Shown piece by piece: positions 24,901 through 39,127 of a DNA stretch of 64,000 bases (positions are counted from its first letter, which is position 1; every line of letters begins with the position of its first letter). The stretch is from Antedon mediterranea. Taxonomy: Eukaryota; Animalia; Echinodermata. A program made the translations under genes and the position numbers. Location: assembly GCF_964355755.1 (NCBI RefSeq), contig NC_092673.1, positions 30,935,648 to 30,999,647 on the forward strand, in the 5' to 3' direction. Under the pieces are notes generated by a model. The model searched no databases. It was not told the origin of the DNA and was given only the letters and a program-made list of their open reading frames with translations.

Positions 24901-27900
24901 CTCTTTACCTGTGGAATATAAATGAACCATACAGTTTCGTTAATGATAAATGCACACACCAGTGCATTATATCCATGATTGCAACATACTGGTCTGTTAA
25001 TACTATTAATGTTATTAATAATACAATTTCTCTCTTTTGTTTGTTGAACTTTATCATAATACCATATTGTGATGACGGTAGTTACTTTTCTTTATGCATA
25101 ATTCATTTATAATGATGTTGTAATGTATGCAGAAGTATACACGTGTTTCCATCGTCCATTGCTGGTACCAGTGAATATGTGAATGCTATGCATAGTATAG
25201 GCCTACACATAGGTTTTTGTATTTCATAAAGGCCTAAATACTATATTTATGAAATAATATTGTAAAATAATGTAATGTTTTAAAATAAAGTACCAGAATA
25301 TTCTGTAGATTCCGATGAGTAATGCATTGCGATATTTTCACCATACTTTCGTTGGTCACTATGTTCAAACTTTCCAGTCTTGGCTAAATGCTCAGCCCAC
25401 TTCTGTGAGTGCTTGTTCAACTCGTCACTGGCTTTCAGCTTAGGAACACCGTGTTTTACTCGGTACTCATTGTGAGTTTCCAGCGCGTCTTGCTGGAACT
25501 CCTTGATGTCGGATTTCGACAACGAATCACCCTTTCGAAACAATCCCTTTAAAATATGATAAACGGATAGTTATAATCACAATGTTATATGTGTTTATCG
25601 GATATACCAAATACTTAGAACGAACGAACGATTTCCAGGCAGTATAAATGGAAGGAAAATAAAATATAGGTCACGAAATGTCGCTGTTTACGAAACAAGT
25701 GGATAAGGGTTGATATCTTTCTAAAACTAATACTACCTGGATGAATGAGAATATTCATATCCGTATAATCAACAAGAAAACATTTATTATTAATAAAGTA
25801 TACCTTCTTTTCTTTATCATCGTCTTTACTTGGCTTGTGTCCCTCTGGAAAGACGTTTTTGTCGAAGTCCCCACTCATGTTACCTGGTGGTTTATAGTTA
25901 GCTACGAAGATAACTTTGCCGTCTTTGGTGATGGCTTTGCCAACGCCGAGTTCTTTAGAACCTTTCCAAACAACTTGGGTAAAGTGACCTAAAATAAACA
26001 CGTAATTTAAATTTAAATAGCAGGAATGTAAGTTGATTGTACATAAAAACGTAATTATTTATTATCAAAGTTGCCCGAAGTAAAACACTTTTTAGATATT
26101 GACATCGTAAAAGTTGACACAATGTCAATGTAACCCAAGCCGTTTTGTGAAACTATTGTTCATCTCTGAGCAATTTAAAAATAGAATACGTTTTTATTGG
26201 GAACAGTCTTTATTTGTTTTAGGAAAAAAAATAATCATATATTCTCCAAAAGGGTCGTATGAGTCGTAATAGTGCTTACATTGATCATTGATACACATGA
26301 AACTATAAAAGTAAACAATTATTCGATAGTAAACAGAAGAAGTAAATTGTTTCCCTCTCGAATCTTGCCATTATACAATTGTTGTTTGTGTTATTACTTA
26401 TGAATATTAAAGTACCTATTCCGGACTTGAACCTTGGATCACAGAAATCGTATTTGCTAACTTCACTGTACCATTGGTTTGTAGCTTCTGTGCCTAATGA
26501 ATGAGCAAAAAAACCAAATTATCAATATTGATAAATAAAAAGAAAAACAACCGTTTCGTGAGGAACTTATTGCTATTCGTACCGTAATATTCATTTATAG
26601 TTGGTCAGTTTAGCCAGGAAAGAGTGAAATTACACTCTTACTTTCACTCTTCTCTGGTTTAGCAACAATATATATCTTCTTTACTTATGCACAATATGGC
26701 GTAATAATGATTATTTAGTATATTCCAGTATATCAATGACACGGATAATTAATTATGGATCATGTAATTGCTCGATCAAGTCAAGGGCATATTCTTTATA
26801 AAATTTAATTACATACTTGTTAATTGTTATTAACAATTAATCTGTAATTGATTAGTACAGTAGTTCTAAATAGGCCCATCGCTCTTAAAAACCTGAACAT
26901 TTCGATAGGTGCTGTCCTAAAGCAGTGTGGCAAACGATGCTACGAGAAACAATACTGTCCATTGAATGCTTTCAAGTGGAAATTGGATTTAAGATCAATA
27001 CATACTATTTAGAATCACCAAAGCGTACTAAATCGTTTGGACAGGGAAAAGCGAAAGGTTTAACACATGGTTTAGTGCAAATCGTTGTTCAAACGACGTC
27101 TGCTGTAAGAAGCATATACCCCTACAAAAGTGGGTTATTGCAGAAACATATATTCCTGAGTATTATAGGTACTCGAGCACATTTAGTTTTTGTTTGTTTT
27201 GTTTGTTTTTATTGATAGTTAATTGAATTCTGGATAGGCCTACCTTCTGAATGATGCTTATTGACAGCAGGAAAAACTCCCACTCCTTTTTTTGTTAAAG
27301 TAGGCCTACATACATACAAAGAGGCCTTACCTGAATATTCGGTAGTAGCAGACGAATAGTGCATCCCTACATTTTCTCCGTATTCGTGATTGTTACTGTG
27401 TTCCAGATGTCCGGTTTTCGCCAACTTCTCAGCGTGCCTTTGTGCATCTTTACACACTTCGTCGGAAAGCTTCAGCGGTGGAACACCATGCTTCTCGCGG
27501 TGTTTGTTATGGGCCGCTAGCATCTCTTTCTGAAATTTCTTAACATCTGATTTAGAAATGTCTGTCGAGTTTGCATCATTCTCCTTCTTCTTGAACAGCC
27601 CCAACTGAGAAGTGATAGCATAGTTATAATAACTCATATTGACTTGATTATTGTAGTGCCTTTCTGTGTAGTAGTATCGATATTGCGGTACATATTTAAC
27701 AAAATGTATTATTAAGGTTTACAGCTAGGCCTTTCGAAACCACGTAAACCGAAACAATGTAGCGTTCTCAGTAGGCCTATAAACTAACTCTGATGAGGTA
27801 AACAATAGACTTATTCTATTTCAGATTATCTGGTTATGATGCAAGACTCCGAAATAATCCCTTTGGTTGTTTTATATGCTAATAAATAAACTCAGTTCAA

Positions 27901-30340
27901 ATGTATTTGTATTGTATTTCGATTAGTAGTAGCCGCCTCACACACATCGACATTTGAACTTCCGTTTTGTAGCCTTAACCTTGATAATTACGTCGTGTTT
28001 TTTGAGGAAATGAAATCATAGCAATTGTTAGGCCTAGCGGTAAAATCACTTTACAATTACGGTATTGTGAATAAGTTCCTTTGTAATATTCAGCACATTT
28101 TTTAAAAGGTCGCGCTCTTAGAACTACTACTTATCCCCGTGGGATCACTTTTAATTAATATTTATGTGGTCTAGATAAACATCATATAGAAATACTTTAT
28201 CATTATTTTAATACCAGTTGACAAAATAAATGGTTATAAAGACGTTTTCTAGTTTAGAACTTCTCCAAAAAGTAATTGTGGCAAACTCGGACTTTGTAAA
28301 AACAAGGTTTGGTAACTTCTCCAAACATTGGCAACAACAAAACAAAAGTTTGCTCGTGTTAGTTTGTAGAACTTCTCCAAATCGGAGTTTGTAAACAAAA
28401 GTTTGATAGGCCTTAATTTGTCTAGTATAGAACTTTTCCAAACAAGGTCAAACTCGGAGTTTTCAGACACAAGTTTGGTAGAGATTTCTAGTCACAGATT
28501 TCAGTTGCAAAACTTAAAATTTAATGTTATACCATTTTCTTTGATTTCTGTTCATCATCACTGCTACTGGAAGAACTTCTTCGTGTACAGCTGTGCTTTG
28601 TCAAATCAACACTGCGACTTTTTTTAAGAGGCAGAACATTCTCTCTGAATTTACCTATCATATTTCCCGCTGGTCTGTAGTTCGCTACTGCTAAAACTTT
28701 ACCACTTTTGGTAATCGCTTTACCGACGCCCAACTCTTTAGTTTCTGCCCATATAACTTGAGTAAAATGGCCTAGAAAAGAGATATAGTTTAGTTAGTAT
28801 ATTATTTAACAAGAACAGAACAAATCCTAATCCTCCCGGTGGTCTAATGGTTAAGAGATTTGCATTTTAAGCAAAAGGTTCCGAGTTCGAATCTTTTCTA
28901 ATTTTTCTCATTCTCACATCTCTTTATCATTTCCATTAGATCGTATTATCCTATTTTGTTTATTATAATGATTATTATTTTAATTATATATTTATTGTCT
29001 GATCTTATCAGATTGACGGCTGTCACTATGTCTACTTACTGTAGCCATATCTTACAATAAATACTGTATAATACAGTAATGTATTGCTATGCTTATGTTA
29101 TAGTTAATAAGATGTCGCCCTCTATAATCTACTGACGTACCTGTACCGGGTGTAAATCCACAACGATCAAAGTTATATTTTTCAATTTCACTGTACCATT
29201 GCTGAGTTGCTTCTCCACCTGTAAATCAAGAGAATAAGCGTTAAATACGTTCACACTGAACGTTGAACTACGTTCACACTGTCCGTTAGAGCTATGTTTA
29301 CACTGTCCGTTGAGCTACGTTTACACTGTCCGTTGAGCTACGTTCACACTGTCCGTTGAGCTACGTTCACACTGACGTTGAACTAGGTTCACATTGACCT
29401 TTGAGCTACGTTCACACTGATGTTGAGCTACGTTCACACTGACATTACAAGATACAAGATACAAGATACAAGATAACTTTATTGTCAAAATTGTTAACAA
29501 TTTTGAGATATGTTTTGTACCTGAGTAGAATAAATAATACGATGTGATAACTATATAAATAAATACAAATGATACAAGTGACTATCTTGAAAAGTTTTTG
29601 TTAAATAAATTGCATGCTATGTACATTGGTGAAAATCTGAAACGGTTTGTGGATATTTTTTCCTGTGTCAGTCTGACCCTTCCTGATCTACTTAAAATGA
29701 TGTCTGAATGTAATGGGTGTGATGGGTCTTGCTTAATGGTGTCAAATTTCTTAAGTATGAATATATTAAACATTTCATCTAAAGATTTCACTTCTACACT
29801 GATAACTCTGCTGGCCTTGTTTACTAATCTCTGAATTTGACTTTTACTGTTTACATTGATATGAGAAAACCAAACAATAATACAATAAGAAATGATTGAT
29901 TGAACAACAGAGGAATAAAACATATGAATGAGATGAGAACTAACATTAAACCGTTTCATTTTGTATATAAAGTTGACGTTGAGCTACGTTCACACTGACA
30001 TTGAGCTACGTTCACACTGATGTTGAGCTACGTTCACACTGACGTTGAGCTACGTTCATACACTGACCGCTAATTTCGTTTAATATAGCCTAACTCTATC
30101 TACTGTACCTGAATAGTTTGTACTCTCAGAGGAAAAATGCATAGCAAGATTTTCTCCTAGGCCATCCCTTTTGCTATGTCTAAAGCTGTCAGTCTTTGCC
30201 AGTTGATCGGCGTAGGCCTGAGCGATCTTGTTCAAGTCGTCTGCCAGTTTCAGCTTAGGAGTTCCATGCGCTGCACGATAATCATTGTGCGCTTCTAGCG
30301 ACTCTTTCTGGAACTTTTTCAAATCATCTTTCTTCGACAT
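21993..30340 (-). CDS. GLIPR2: Tandem four-domain CAP/SCP/PR-1 protein, GAPR-1 (GLIPR2)-like (~704 aa, 12 coding exons)
   Basis: Exons 30340-30109, 29218-29141, 28771-28533 | 27604-27331, 26493-26416, 25988-25804 | 25546-25294, 24908-24831, 24589-24369 | 23049-22800, 22604-22530, 22144-21993. All GT-AG and in frame (2115 nt). Each module has HN.YR..H-type, GEN(L/V/I), WYSE, GHF(T/S)Q.(V/I)W and Y.P.GN motifs of GAPR-1-type CAP domains. No signal peptide. The symbol denotes family, not proven orthology. Confidence 0.92.
23848..24002. repeat. Tandem duplication, ~90-bp period
   Basis: tagcgcat(g/a)cgcgtaacatgctcaatgtggat...tactcaaatgat occurs twice. Confidence 0.8.
28833..28893 (+). pseudogene. 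tRNA-derived fragment (SINE head or pseudo-tRNA)
   Basis: A box TGGTCTAATGG and B box GAGTTCGAATC are present, but there is no paired acceptor stem. Confidence 0.45.
29245..30067. repeat. 22-23 bp minisatellite (gttgagctacgttcacactgac) interrupted by a LINE
   Basis: About 9 units at 29245-29445 and about 4 units at 29974-30067. Confidence 0.9.
29446..29973 (-). mobile_element. 5'-truncated non-LTR retrotransposon 3' end (Rex1/Babar/L2-group-like)
   Basis: ORF 29582-29959 shows post-RT C-terminal motifs (FYSSVVQSII.YC..VW, DPSHPLH, SGR, TNRF), followed by a 3'UTR ending in CAATAAAG + (TATCTTG)n tail. Confidence 0.8.
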
Positions 30341-30959
30341 CGTTATTTTCTTTCTTTATCAAACTTTAAAATCTAAAAATAAAATAAGAAATCAAAATAA
30401 GTCTGCAATACCCTTTTTAATTTTAATTAACAAGCCATGCTGATTTTAACCTAAAATATCATTATTAAAATGTCACCGTCGTGTCGTCAACAACGAAAGG
30501 CTAAATAATGTACTTTGAACACTAACTAGTTAATGGTAGCCGTAGTTTTAAGCTATATAAAAGGGGGATCGAAGCTACGGAGAAGTGGATGATGAGTTGT
30601 GCTGTGTGGTGGAATTCCGAGCCTACCTGGCTCGAAAATGACGTGTTTATTGTATGATTGGATACCTACCACCAAATAATACAAGCATTTCCCCCCGTTT
30701 ATTGCCTGTAACATTAATCATCTACAAATAAAACTGTATCAATATTTGTTCAGCAATTGAGATGTCGTATTGGTTTTACAACGGATTTACCAACGCCTAC
30801 GTGTGATCTGTATCTACTAGGGTACATATTTATATAGACGGAACACAGATTCTTCTTCGTGTTAGTATTCCATTTTATTCTTCTTCATCCATGTCAAGAA
30901 GATCTGGAAGCGTATCGTACCGTAAAGCCCCCACCTTCCACCAAATATGAACCGAATAT

Positions 30960-31070
30960 GATTGCGTTGCGTGCACGTGATTGCGTTACGTGCACGTGAT
31001 TGTGTTGCGTGTACGTCCTTGCGTAGCGTGTACGTCCTTGCGTAGCGTATACGTCATTGCGTGGCGTACT
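30960..31070. repeat. 19-bp minisatellite (ttgcgttgcgtgcacgtga)
   Basis: About 6 degenerate copies. Confidence 0.75.
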
Positions 31071-34000
31071 TAAACAAAATTGTGATTCAGTTAGTCATAA
31101 TCCACAATCAGGCTTGTTCGTTATTTGGTTAAATTTAATTAAATTAAACTCATTACTACAGTGATGTTTATGATCTTGTTTTGAATTAATTTAGTTTTGA
31201 ACAAAAGATCGTGTTGTTTACAACTACCTTATTGGTTACCTTATGAGGTTTAAGTAATTGTCCGTAGAAATATAGCTACTTTCTATTTCCTTTTCAATGA
31301 ATGCTAACAATTGACTGCTATTTCAATATTTGTTGATGGTCATAACCGCCGTAACAAGATGTACACTATTTAAACAGTCAAACAATATAGGCCTACAATT
31401 GTGTTATTTACATAACCTTTTACGAAAACACGATTTGAAGAAAATTTTAATCTGTACTATTCGTTATAGATTCAGAAATACCAAACATTATAATATAGTA
31501 TATACAATAAAAAAATAATTAATAAAATAGAGAATTAAAAGTGTATTAATACTGATTGATTTTTTTCATTGATGTCCATAAGATTGGGTTTTTTTCTCAG
31601 TAATTTGACTTTGGATTTAGAGATATTATGTATACTATTATATAACTGAAATAATGTCATTGCACTCTATATAAAATAGATTGAATTATTAATACAGAAT
31701 AATGCTCTTCTCTCTTACTCCTCCTTAGCAAAACAATAATATAGTAGAAATTGGTAGATAACACCGTGGTCCGGGCCGTTATTGCAGCGTTTTGCCAACG
31801 GCGTGTCAACACCACGATTATGGTTTGAGATGGCAAAATGAAAGCAATTGCATAACAAATCCATATAAAATGGATTGAATTACTATAATATGCTTTCTCT
31901 TACTCTTCCTTGACAAAACAGTTAAATAATTATACTTTACCGTGTTTGCAGAGAATCACTTATCGTAGATAAACCGCGATAGAAGCTTTTTGCCAACGCC
32001 GTGTGCATAAATAATAATCGTCAATCGTCAAGCACCATACGAATAAGATGTTGTATGGTTTGAGATGGCAAAATGAACGCAATTGAAAGCGAGATGCGTT
32101 GTTGTTTTACTAAACTGTTCTCCAAGGAACCCGCATAATGCATTGCTTTATGAGCAAAACAATTTGCATTGAAATTATGTTTAGAGATGCTTGAATATAT
32201 AAAAATGGTAAAACGATGTTTTTGTTCGTTCTGCTTCATCGGTTTTAGTTGGTAATAAAGCGCGTCACACTTGAATGGTCTGCGTATACTTTTATTTGTA
32301 CTATTAATATTATAATTATGACGTATTTGTTTTGTGAAATCAGATGGTGACTGTACATTGTGTAGACCACCTGTTAGGTTTTTATTTTTAACATTTTAAC
32401 ACTGTACAAAATGATATTATTATATTAATATTATTATTATAATTATCTGTTGTAGCTAATAAATTGAAAAGTATGTGAAGCGTTTAGACTCGACAAATAC
32501 TGTTGTCAGAGAATCGATAGCAATTTCACTCTTCCCTGGTATTGTATATATTTTCAGTTAGATTCGAGCATTTGCGATTTGTTTAGAGGCGGATAAGCGG
32601 CAATCACCCTCTAACACTCCCAAGCATAAATGTTGAAATCTAAAATGTAAAGCTAAGATATGAGGTTCAGTTTTTCTTAGCCCCATTTAAAACGCGTATC
32701 ACATGCGGAATTTGGAATTGATTAGGCCTACTGATGTATAGAACAAACAATCGCGGATAAAACCTGTTAATCACCTCTAACTCTTGAACTCATGACTTCT
32801 GAAAGGTGTTACCTTATTATGTATTAATAACCGCCGGCCTCCCTGGAATAATCACAACAATTACTCTTATTGCTTAATGATTAAACATATAATTGTATTA
32901 AAATAATATTACTGGTATGATTCCCAGCCACTTTATGTTATAATATGTATATTATAATTCATGGCAATACTTGAGAATTATAAACAAAATTACGTAATCA
33001 CGGGATGACACAGTCAGGATTTTTTGGAAGAGAGGCGAAAAGAAAAAATAAGGTCGGCTTCTCGAGTGTGTTGCACGAAAGTTACTCTCGTTTAACGAGT
33101 ATAGGTCCTACACATAAGTTCCAAAAATATACTTTATTTATAATCCGATAAAAATTTAACTATTATATTACATTAACATGGGAATAATTATACCTACATA
33201 ACACATTGGTTATAGATTTGATAGAATCTTTGTTATTCAATATTTTAATTTTTGCCAATGTGATATTGGTAAATATGGCAAGGAGTGAAATTTGATAATC
33301 AAAATAATAGAATTAACATAATGAACAGATGGAATTGCTTCCTAACGTACCTAAAATAAAATAAACATATATCATAGTACAATGTTATTATCTGGAGACG
33401 CAGAGTGGTAAACGAAGAGGAAAAATAAAATGTAATATTTTGAATTTAGGCCCATACGATAACGATTTCATTTATTTGATTTAATGATTATGACGTGATT
33501 ATGGAAGACACGACGATGTAATGTCCATGAAGAGACGTGGATATTTATGTAGATTATACTACTGTAGAAAAATATTGATAAATATTTACATATTTTGAAG
33601 GAAATTCATAAATTCGAACAAACCGTTGTTTTCTATCTCACGACTCTATTGGTTGTAAACAGCCTACTTATAATAATATTGTTTGCCGTAAGATATTTCG
33701 CCAAGGTATGTACTCCTATGTATGTTTAATTTAACGGTCACGATGCTGCGTTCGTTCATAGGATGTTATTCCCCGTGGAATTAAAGAAATTCATCTCCTT
33801 TACTCGGAATCAAGAATATTGAATATTACCATGGATATATATATATATATGATATAAAACGCTGATATGCTTTACGTTATAAAACAAAGTACTATGTAAG
33901 CTAATAGGACATACATTGTGTAACAGGAATATATTTCTCACCTCTATATAGCATGAAGTCATACATTATCATATTTACAGAAAAGAGATTTATAAATTAG

Positions 34001-35653
34001 ACAAATGTTACCGTTTAAATAGCATCAAATTACCGTTTAAATAGCCTCAGATTACCGTTTAAATAGCCCCATATCATCTTGAGTAGGCCTACTAACATGC
34101 TTTTGATAGTGGTCATATAGTTCTTTGATAAAATAAGTAAACCTAATAATGTATTACTGTATGTACTGTATGTATATAGTAAGTATGCCTTACTTTATGT
34201 ATCTGTGTGTGTGTATACTTTTTAAGACTACCAATCTTCCTCGCCTAAAACACCCATCCACCCCACTCCTCCTCAATATGAACATTGTTGAATTGATTGG
34301 AAGATGATAAACATTATAATATGGCCTCCTTTATACATCTGCGTTTTGAAGTGAGGGTCCTCCTATTACTCTTGGCGCCCATGTGCACTTCCCCACTACA
34401 CGTATTACAAATTGGCCTAGACCTATCTTAATTAATATCAAATATTTCAATTCATGAAATAATAAGATTGTAAAATGCATAATCCTCATTATGCGAAAAA
34501 ACCTCAACAACTTACCGGTTCATGCACATTCCTTGTGAATATTTCTCGTCAACCACTAATTACTAATACTTAAACTAATTGTTAATTAATCATGTGATGT
34601 TTTCCTATACTGTACACGTTTATGGTTTAATATCGCTTTCGATATTGATTTTATTCCGTAATCTTACAATTACAATGCTCGGAGTTACCCAGGGTAGCGT
34701 GTTACATAGAGGGAGCTGCTCATGATTTGGTAATAGCATTAGATTTTTTTTCACATGTATCTCCTTGTATCATATACCATAACCTAACCCTTAGCCTAAC
34801 CTTACATGATACAGGTACCACATGTGATGCAAATGGGATATGCTGTATTACCAAATATTCCTGTCACATTGGCCGAATATTGTAGTATGTGAATATAGCA
34901 CAGAGAATCGGGTAGATCATTTTGAGATAACATTCAAACACGTCACATCACGCAGACAAACGACCTACAGTAATAAGTATCTTTACACCTACTACTAATG
35001 CATATTATTCTACTAAGTAATTCATTTTAAATAAATTTTCACAGTTTTCTGTAAATGTGCTAGAAAAATTTTAATTAATCGAGAACAAATATCAAACTTA
35101 TTTAAATAATAAAAATTATACCTATTGTATTAAAAGATGTATCTTATCCCTGCATATAACTTTGTCTAACTTTTAAAAGTTCAGGACCAGTGGCACGCAA
35201 CCCTCAGCTTGCAACAAGAGTGCAATATAAATGACGCTGGCCTACGTGGTGTTCAGTAGAAGACCAGTACGAATGCAAAGGTTACGGAAAAACACTTTCT
35301 TCTAAAGTTTGGACTTTGGTCGAAAAACCAGACAAGCCCTATGTAATCAAGATAACATTTAGTTGTCTTAGTCGCCCGACGTTGTTTATTTAAACTATAC
35401 ATAGCAACTCGATTTAATTAACAAAACACGCGATTCACACTCCGTTTGTACTTCTCAAAAGTATGGGGGATTTAAGGGCTAATATTCATATAAAGGGTGT
35501 AGACGCAACGTATCGAGGTAAAGTGCCGTAAGAATATAATGTTGCGCGTGTCACAAGTAGGAACGACTGCACTGTGCAGTAGATGTATTGTCAACACCGC
35601 TTCTGCTTTGCGTACATCGCAACAGTGATAGAAACCTATATAGTATTTTCTTA

Positions 35654-35807
35654 AGCTTAGTTCCCACTAGGACGCAACGCAAGGACGTAAACGCAACGCA
35701 AGCGTGTTGAGCAATGACAAGCAACAGAATAATCCATCGCTTGTGATTGATCAACTCACTTACGTCGAGTTACGTCCTTGTGTTGCGTCTCTAGTGGGAA
35801 CCAAGCA
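35654..35807. mobile_element. MITE family A1
   Basis: A-family TIRs with TTA flanks on both sides. Confidence 0.75.
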
Positions 35808-36622
35808 TTACGTTGCGTCGCGGCATGATTTTTTTTTATAGTGAGAACCACCAAGCTTGCTTTAGTTACGTTAATACACATATACGGCGGCCCACGTACC
35901 GAACAAAGGGGAATATAGGCCTATCATCATACGTGTGTAGGCTGATAATTAAAAAAAAATAATAATTTTGATGCATTGACTTATAGAATTATTAATTATT
36001 TAACATTACACGTCTAACTTCGAAATGTTCATGTACAAAATCTAAATTAATATTTCCACGTACCTTTTATCGTTTGACTTCTATATGACGTCACCGCAAT
36101 ATTTGCGCACCCACACATAACTGTGGTAAGATTATGAAATATGCAAATAAAAGAAATATGTTCTATGTATATATAACATGATAACGTTACAAAATACTAG
36201 TTAAACCAACATTCAGATAACACATAACACCCACTTACATGGTACTTATTCTGTAAGGGCTTACTTTACTTGATTAAATACCAAAATGTGTTGTAATACC
36301 AATGTTGCATGTTGTAAGTGTCAGCCAAACGCTAACCAGGCCTACCTCACAAGAGTTTTATCATTCAAATTTAACTTTGAAAGGTAGGCCTAGGCCTACA
36401 CGCATTCTAGGCATACACGTATACGTAATGTTTAAACATTTCCCTAGTTCGTTTCACGGGAAAGTGTCCCCTTAATAGCGGTAGCAAAAAAGAAGGGTAG
36501 GCCTATAGTACTGAATTGCAAACGTTCTTGGCAGAAACAGGACACCATCTTAACCTTCTGATGATTTTGTCAGTTTTCATAACTTAAGCAAATCTGTTTA
36601 CGTGTAGATCTTAAGTGAACAA

Positions 36623-36898
36623 CAAGCCTGTAGCCAGGATTGTTTACAGAGGGTTATTTTTTTTTTTCAAAAAGAGGCAAGTGCAAGTGAAAGCAACTGA
36701 ACAACAAATACATTTAGGCATAGTCTATGAAAGTAAGTTGTCTGCTGGCCAGTATAGAATTGGACAAAAAGTTGTCATGAGTTAGGCCTATTTTCTAGCA
36801 CTTTTACTGATGGTCTATGTTTGAAAAGGGCACTTTAGGGAAAAAACGGGGCGGGGGGTGTCTTTTGAACCCTGCGAACCTCCCTGCTACGGGCTTAA
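36623..36898. mobile_element. hAT-like MITE
   Basis: CAAGCCTGTAGCCAGG...CCCTGCTACGGGCTTA inverted termini; TSD not clear. Confidence 0.5.
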
Positions 36899-38426
36899 AA
36901 AAAGAAAATTGAATAGTTTACTTGGATATCAAATCTGTTGCAAACGCCAGTCAAGGAACCGAAAACGCCCTCTGTAGCTTAGTCTACTTATTAAATTACT
37001 CTGTTCTCCTGTACCAACTCATATTTCCTGATCAAATAATATACATCATCTTTTTAATAAGTCATGTAATGTCTTTGTTTAGATATTCTATTTATGTAAT
37101 GTAAACTATCACAGAAACATTGAAAATGAATCTTGGAAATATCATCTCAGGATAAAATTTGTCTTTTTAATTAAAGCTATGAAAGTACAATAGTAGGTCC
37201 ACTAATGGACACAATAGACACTGTTAAACAAAAAGCATGTATTGTTATACAAGTTATTATTAGAAAATGACTATTCAATTTATCTCTTGTCATTCAGAAA
37301 ATGAAACCTCGTTTGCGTTGTATGAGAAAAGTAAGAAGGCCTAATAACTAGCACATGAAAGGTGAGATAGGAATTGGAAGATGAGTACTTTCGGCAGTGG
37401 CGTAGGAGCAAGCGAAAGAAATATTGAAAATAGAAAGTTTCCAAGTGCATTTTAGTCGAATATATTGTATCTCTCCGCTTTTAACGCGCCCATTCTTCTT
37501 CTAGTATTTTTTAATAATTAAAAGCGTTTGTTTACGTTGGTTATTTTTGTCCGAGCACCTCTAGCGGGCGGTTGTATTCGTTTGTTTGTTTATTAATTCT
37601 TTTCCACACACATCAATATACATTTTACTTAAATATTTAGATTTAAAAAAAGGATGATGAGTGTGGAAGGTGACCAAATAAGTTAGGAAGTTGAAGGTGA
37701 AGTGCAGGTTTAACATGCCATGTGTCCCAACATTTTTTGTCTTTTTTTCGAATATTAAGCAGAATCGCCGTCTAGATTTTTTGTTCATATACATGTGAAA
37801 GTTCCTGACGGATTACTAACAACTACTAAACTCCAAATGCTTTCGTATTTCTCAATGTCATTTTTAATTTCATATAACCACTGCCACAACCCATATACAT
37901 ACAATAAATAAGTAAACACAAACAAAACATCATACACAAAATTCTATAAAAGAAAATACATATTCCGCTCACGATGATGAAATACGTGACCTGTGACCCG
38001 ATTATTCCTATTATTATGGGTTATATTTTATGATTATATTCTTAGGCTAGATTGAGTTGACAATACACCACAGGCGATGCATCAAACCAGTGTCATTATA
38101 CAATACATCCGTAGAATAGCCACCTAAATTATCTTTAAATTTACAATAAATCGTTAACAAATAGGTTCTCATTCGAACAGGCCGTAGGCTAGGATCAATA
38201 CAGGGCTTCTTAAGAGTATTTCAACATCTGCTAGGGAAGAGTCATTAAAAAGATGACAACTGGATGTAATGAATTACGAATTTGTATAGCAGTTGCTTAA
38301 CACATCTATGGTTAGTGTTGCCTTTATGTCAGTTATTGTGTTTCTTTAACCATTCAGTTTGAAACTAAGCCAACGGGCAATATTTTAAAGAAGCTTTAAC
38401 AAATGCGTGACTTGACAAATCGTTAA

Positions 38427-38590
38427 AGCTCTGTCGATACTATCAAACTTTATGTGACAAAATAAATGTGATGAGCCCATTATGGTCATGATGATGTCAT
38501 ATAACTATCATATTTGGGCATAACACTACCATATTTGGGCACGTATCACACTTTCTTTTTGTCAAACTAGTTTGATATTGTGGACAGAGT
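38427..38590. mobile_element. MITE family B
   Basis: agctctgtcgatactatcaaact...agtttgatattgtggacagag. Confidence 0.75.
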
Positions 38591-39127
38591 ATAAGAAAGG
38601 ACAAAATAATTTGCTGCACGACGTGTGCGTACAAAATAACGTGTGCGTACAAAATAACGTGTTGTCGATCACCATCAATGTATACGCTCGCGTTATCTTT
38701 GTGATTTTTCATAGCGAAATGTTGAAGAATATAAAGGATCGGTAAGAGATAATTCAGATTTAACTCGAGTCACGTTTATTCACATCTTACGGATTTACAG
38801 AATATTTAGTCTGTAATCTCGTTTTAGTCGTAATTCGGACATAAAGTGAAAAGGCATCATCGTGTCCTAAAAAGTAGTTTTCTTTTTTTAGGCATATCCA
38901 CTTAACTTTCTAGATCACGTGCACTAAATCTTCAAGACATATAGACAGTTTGTCCATTTATTCATCTCCAAGTCAAGAATCGTTCGGTTACAATTAAGTA
39001 TGTAGACTAATGTATTGTGCGTACACTAAAGTCTGTGATTTTTGAACTGACGTTTTCCAACATAGACTCAAGCCCAGACGTTTTCAAAATAGACTCCATC
39101 GCAGACGCTTTCATTACTTGATGGCAA

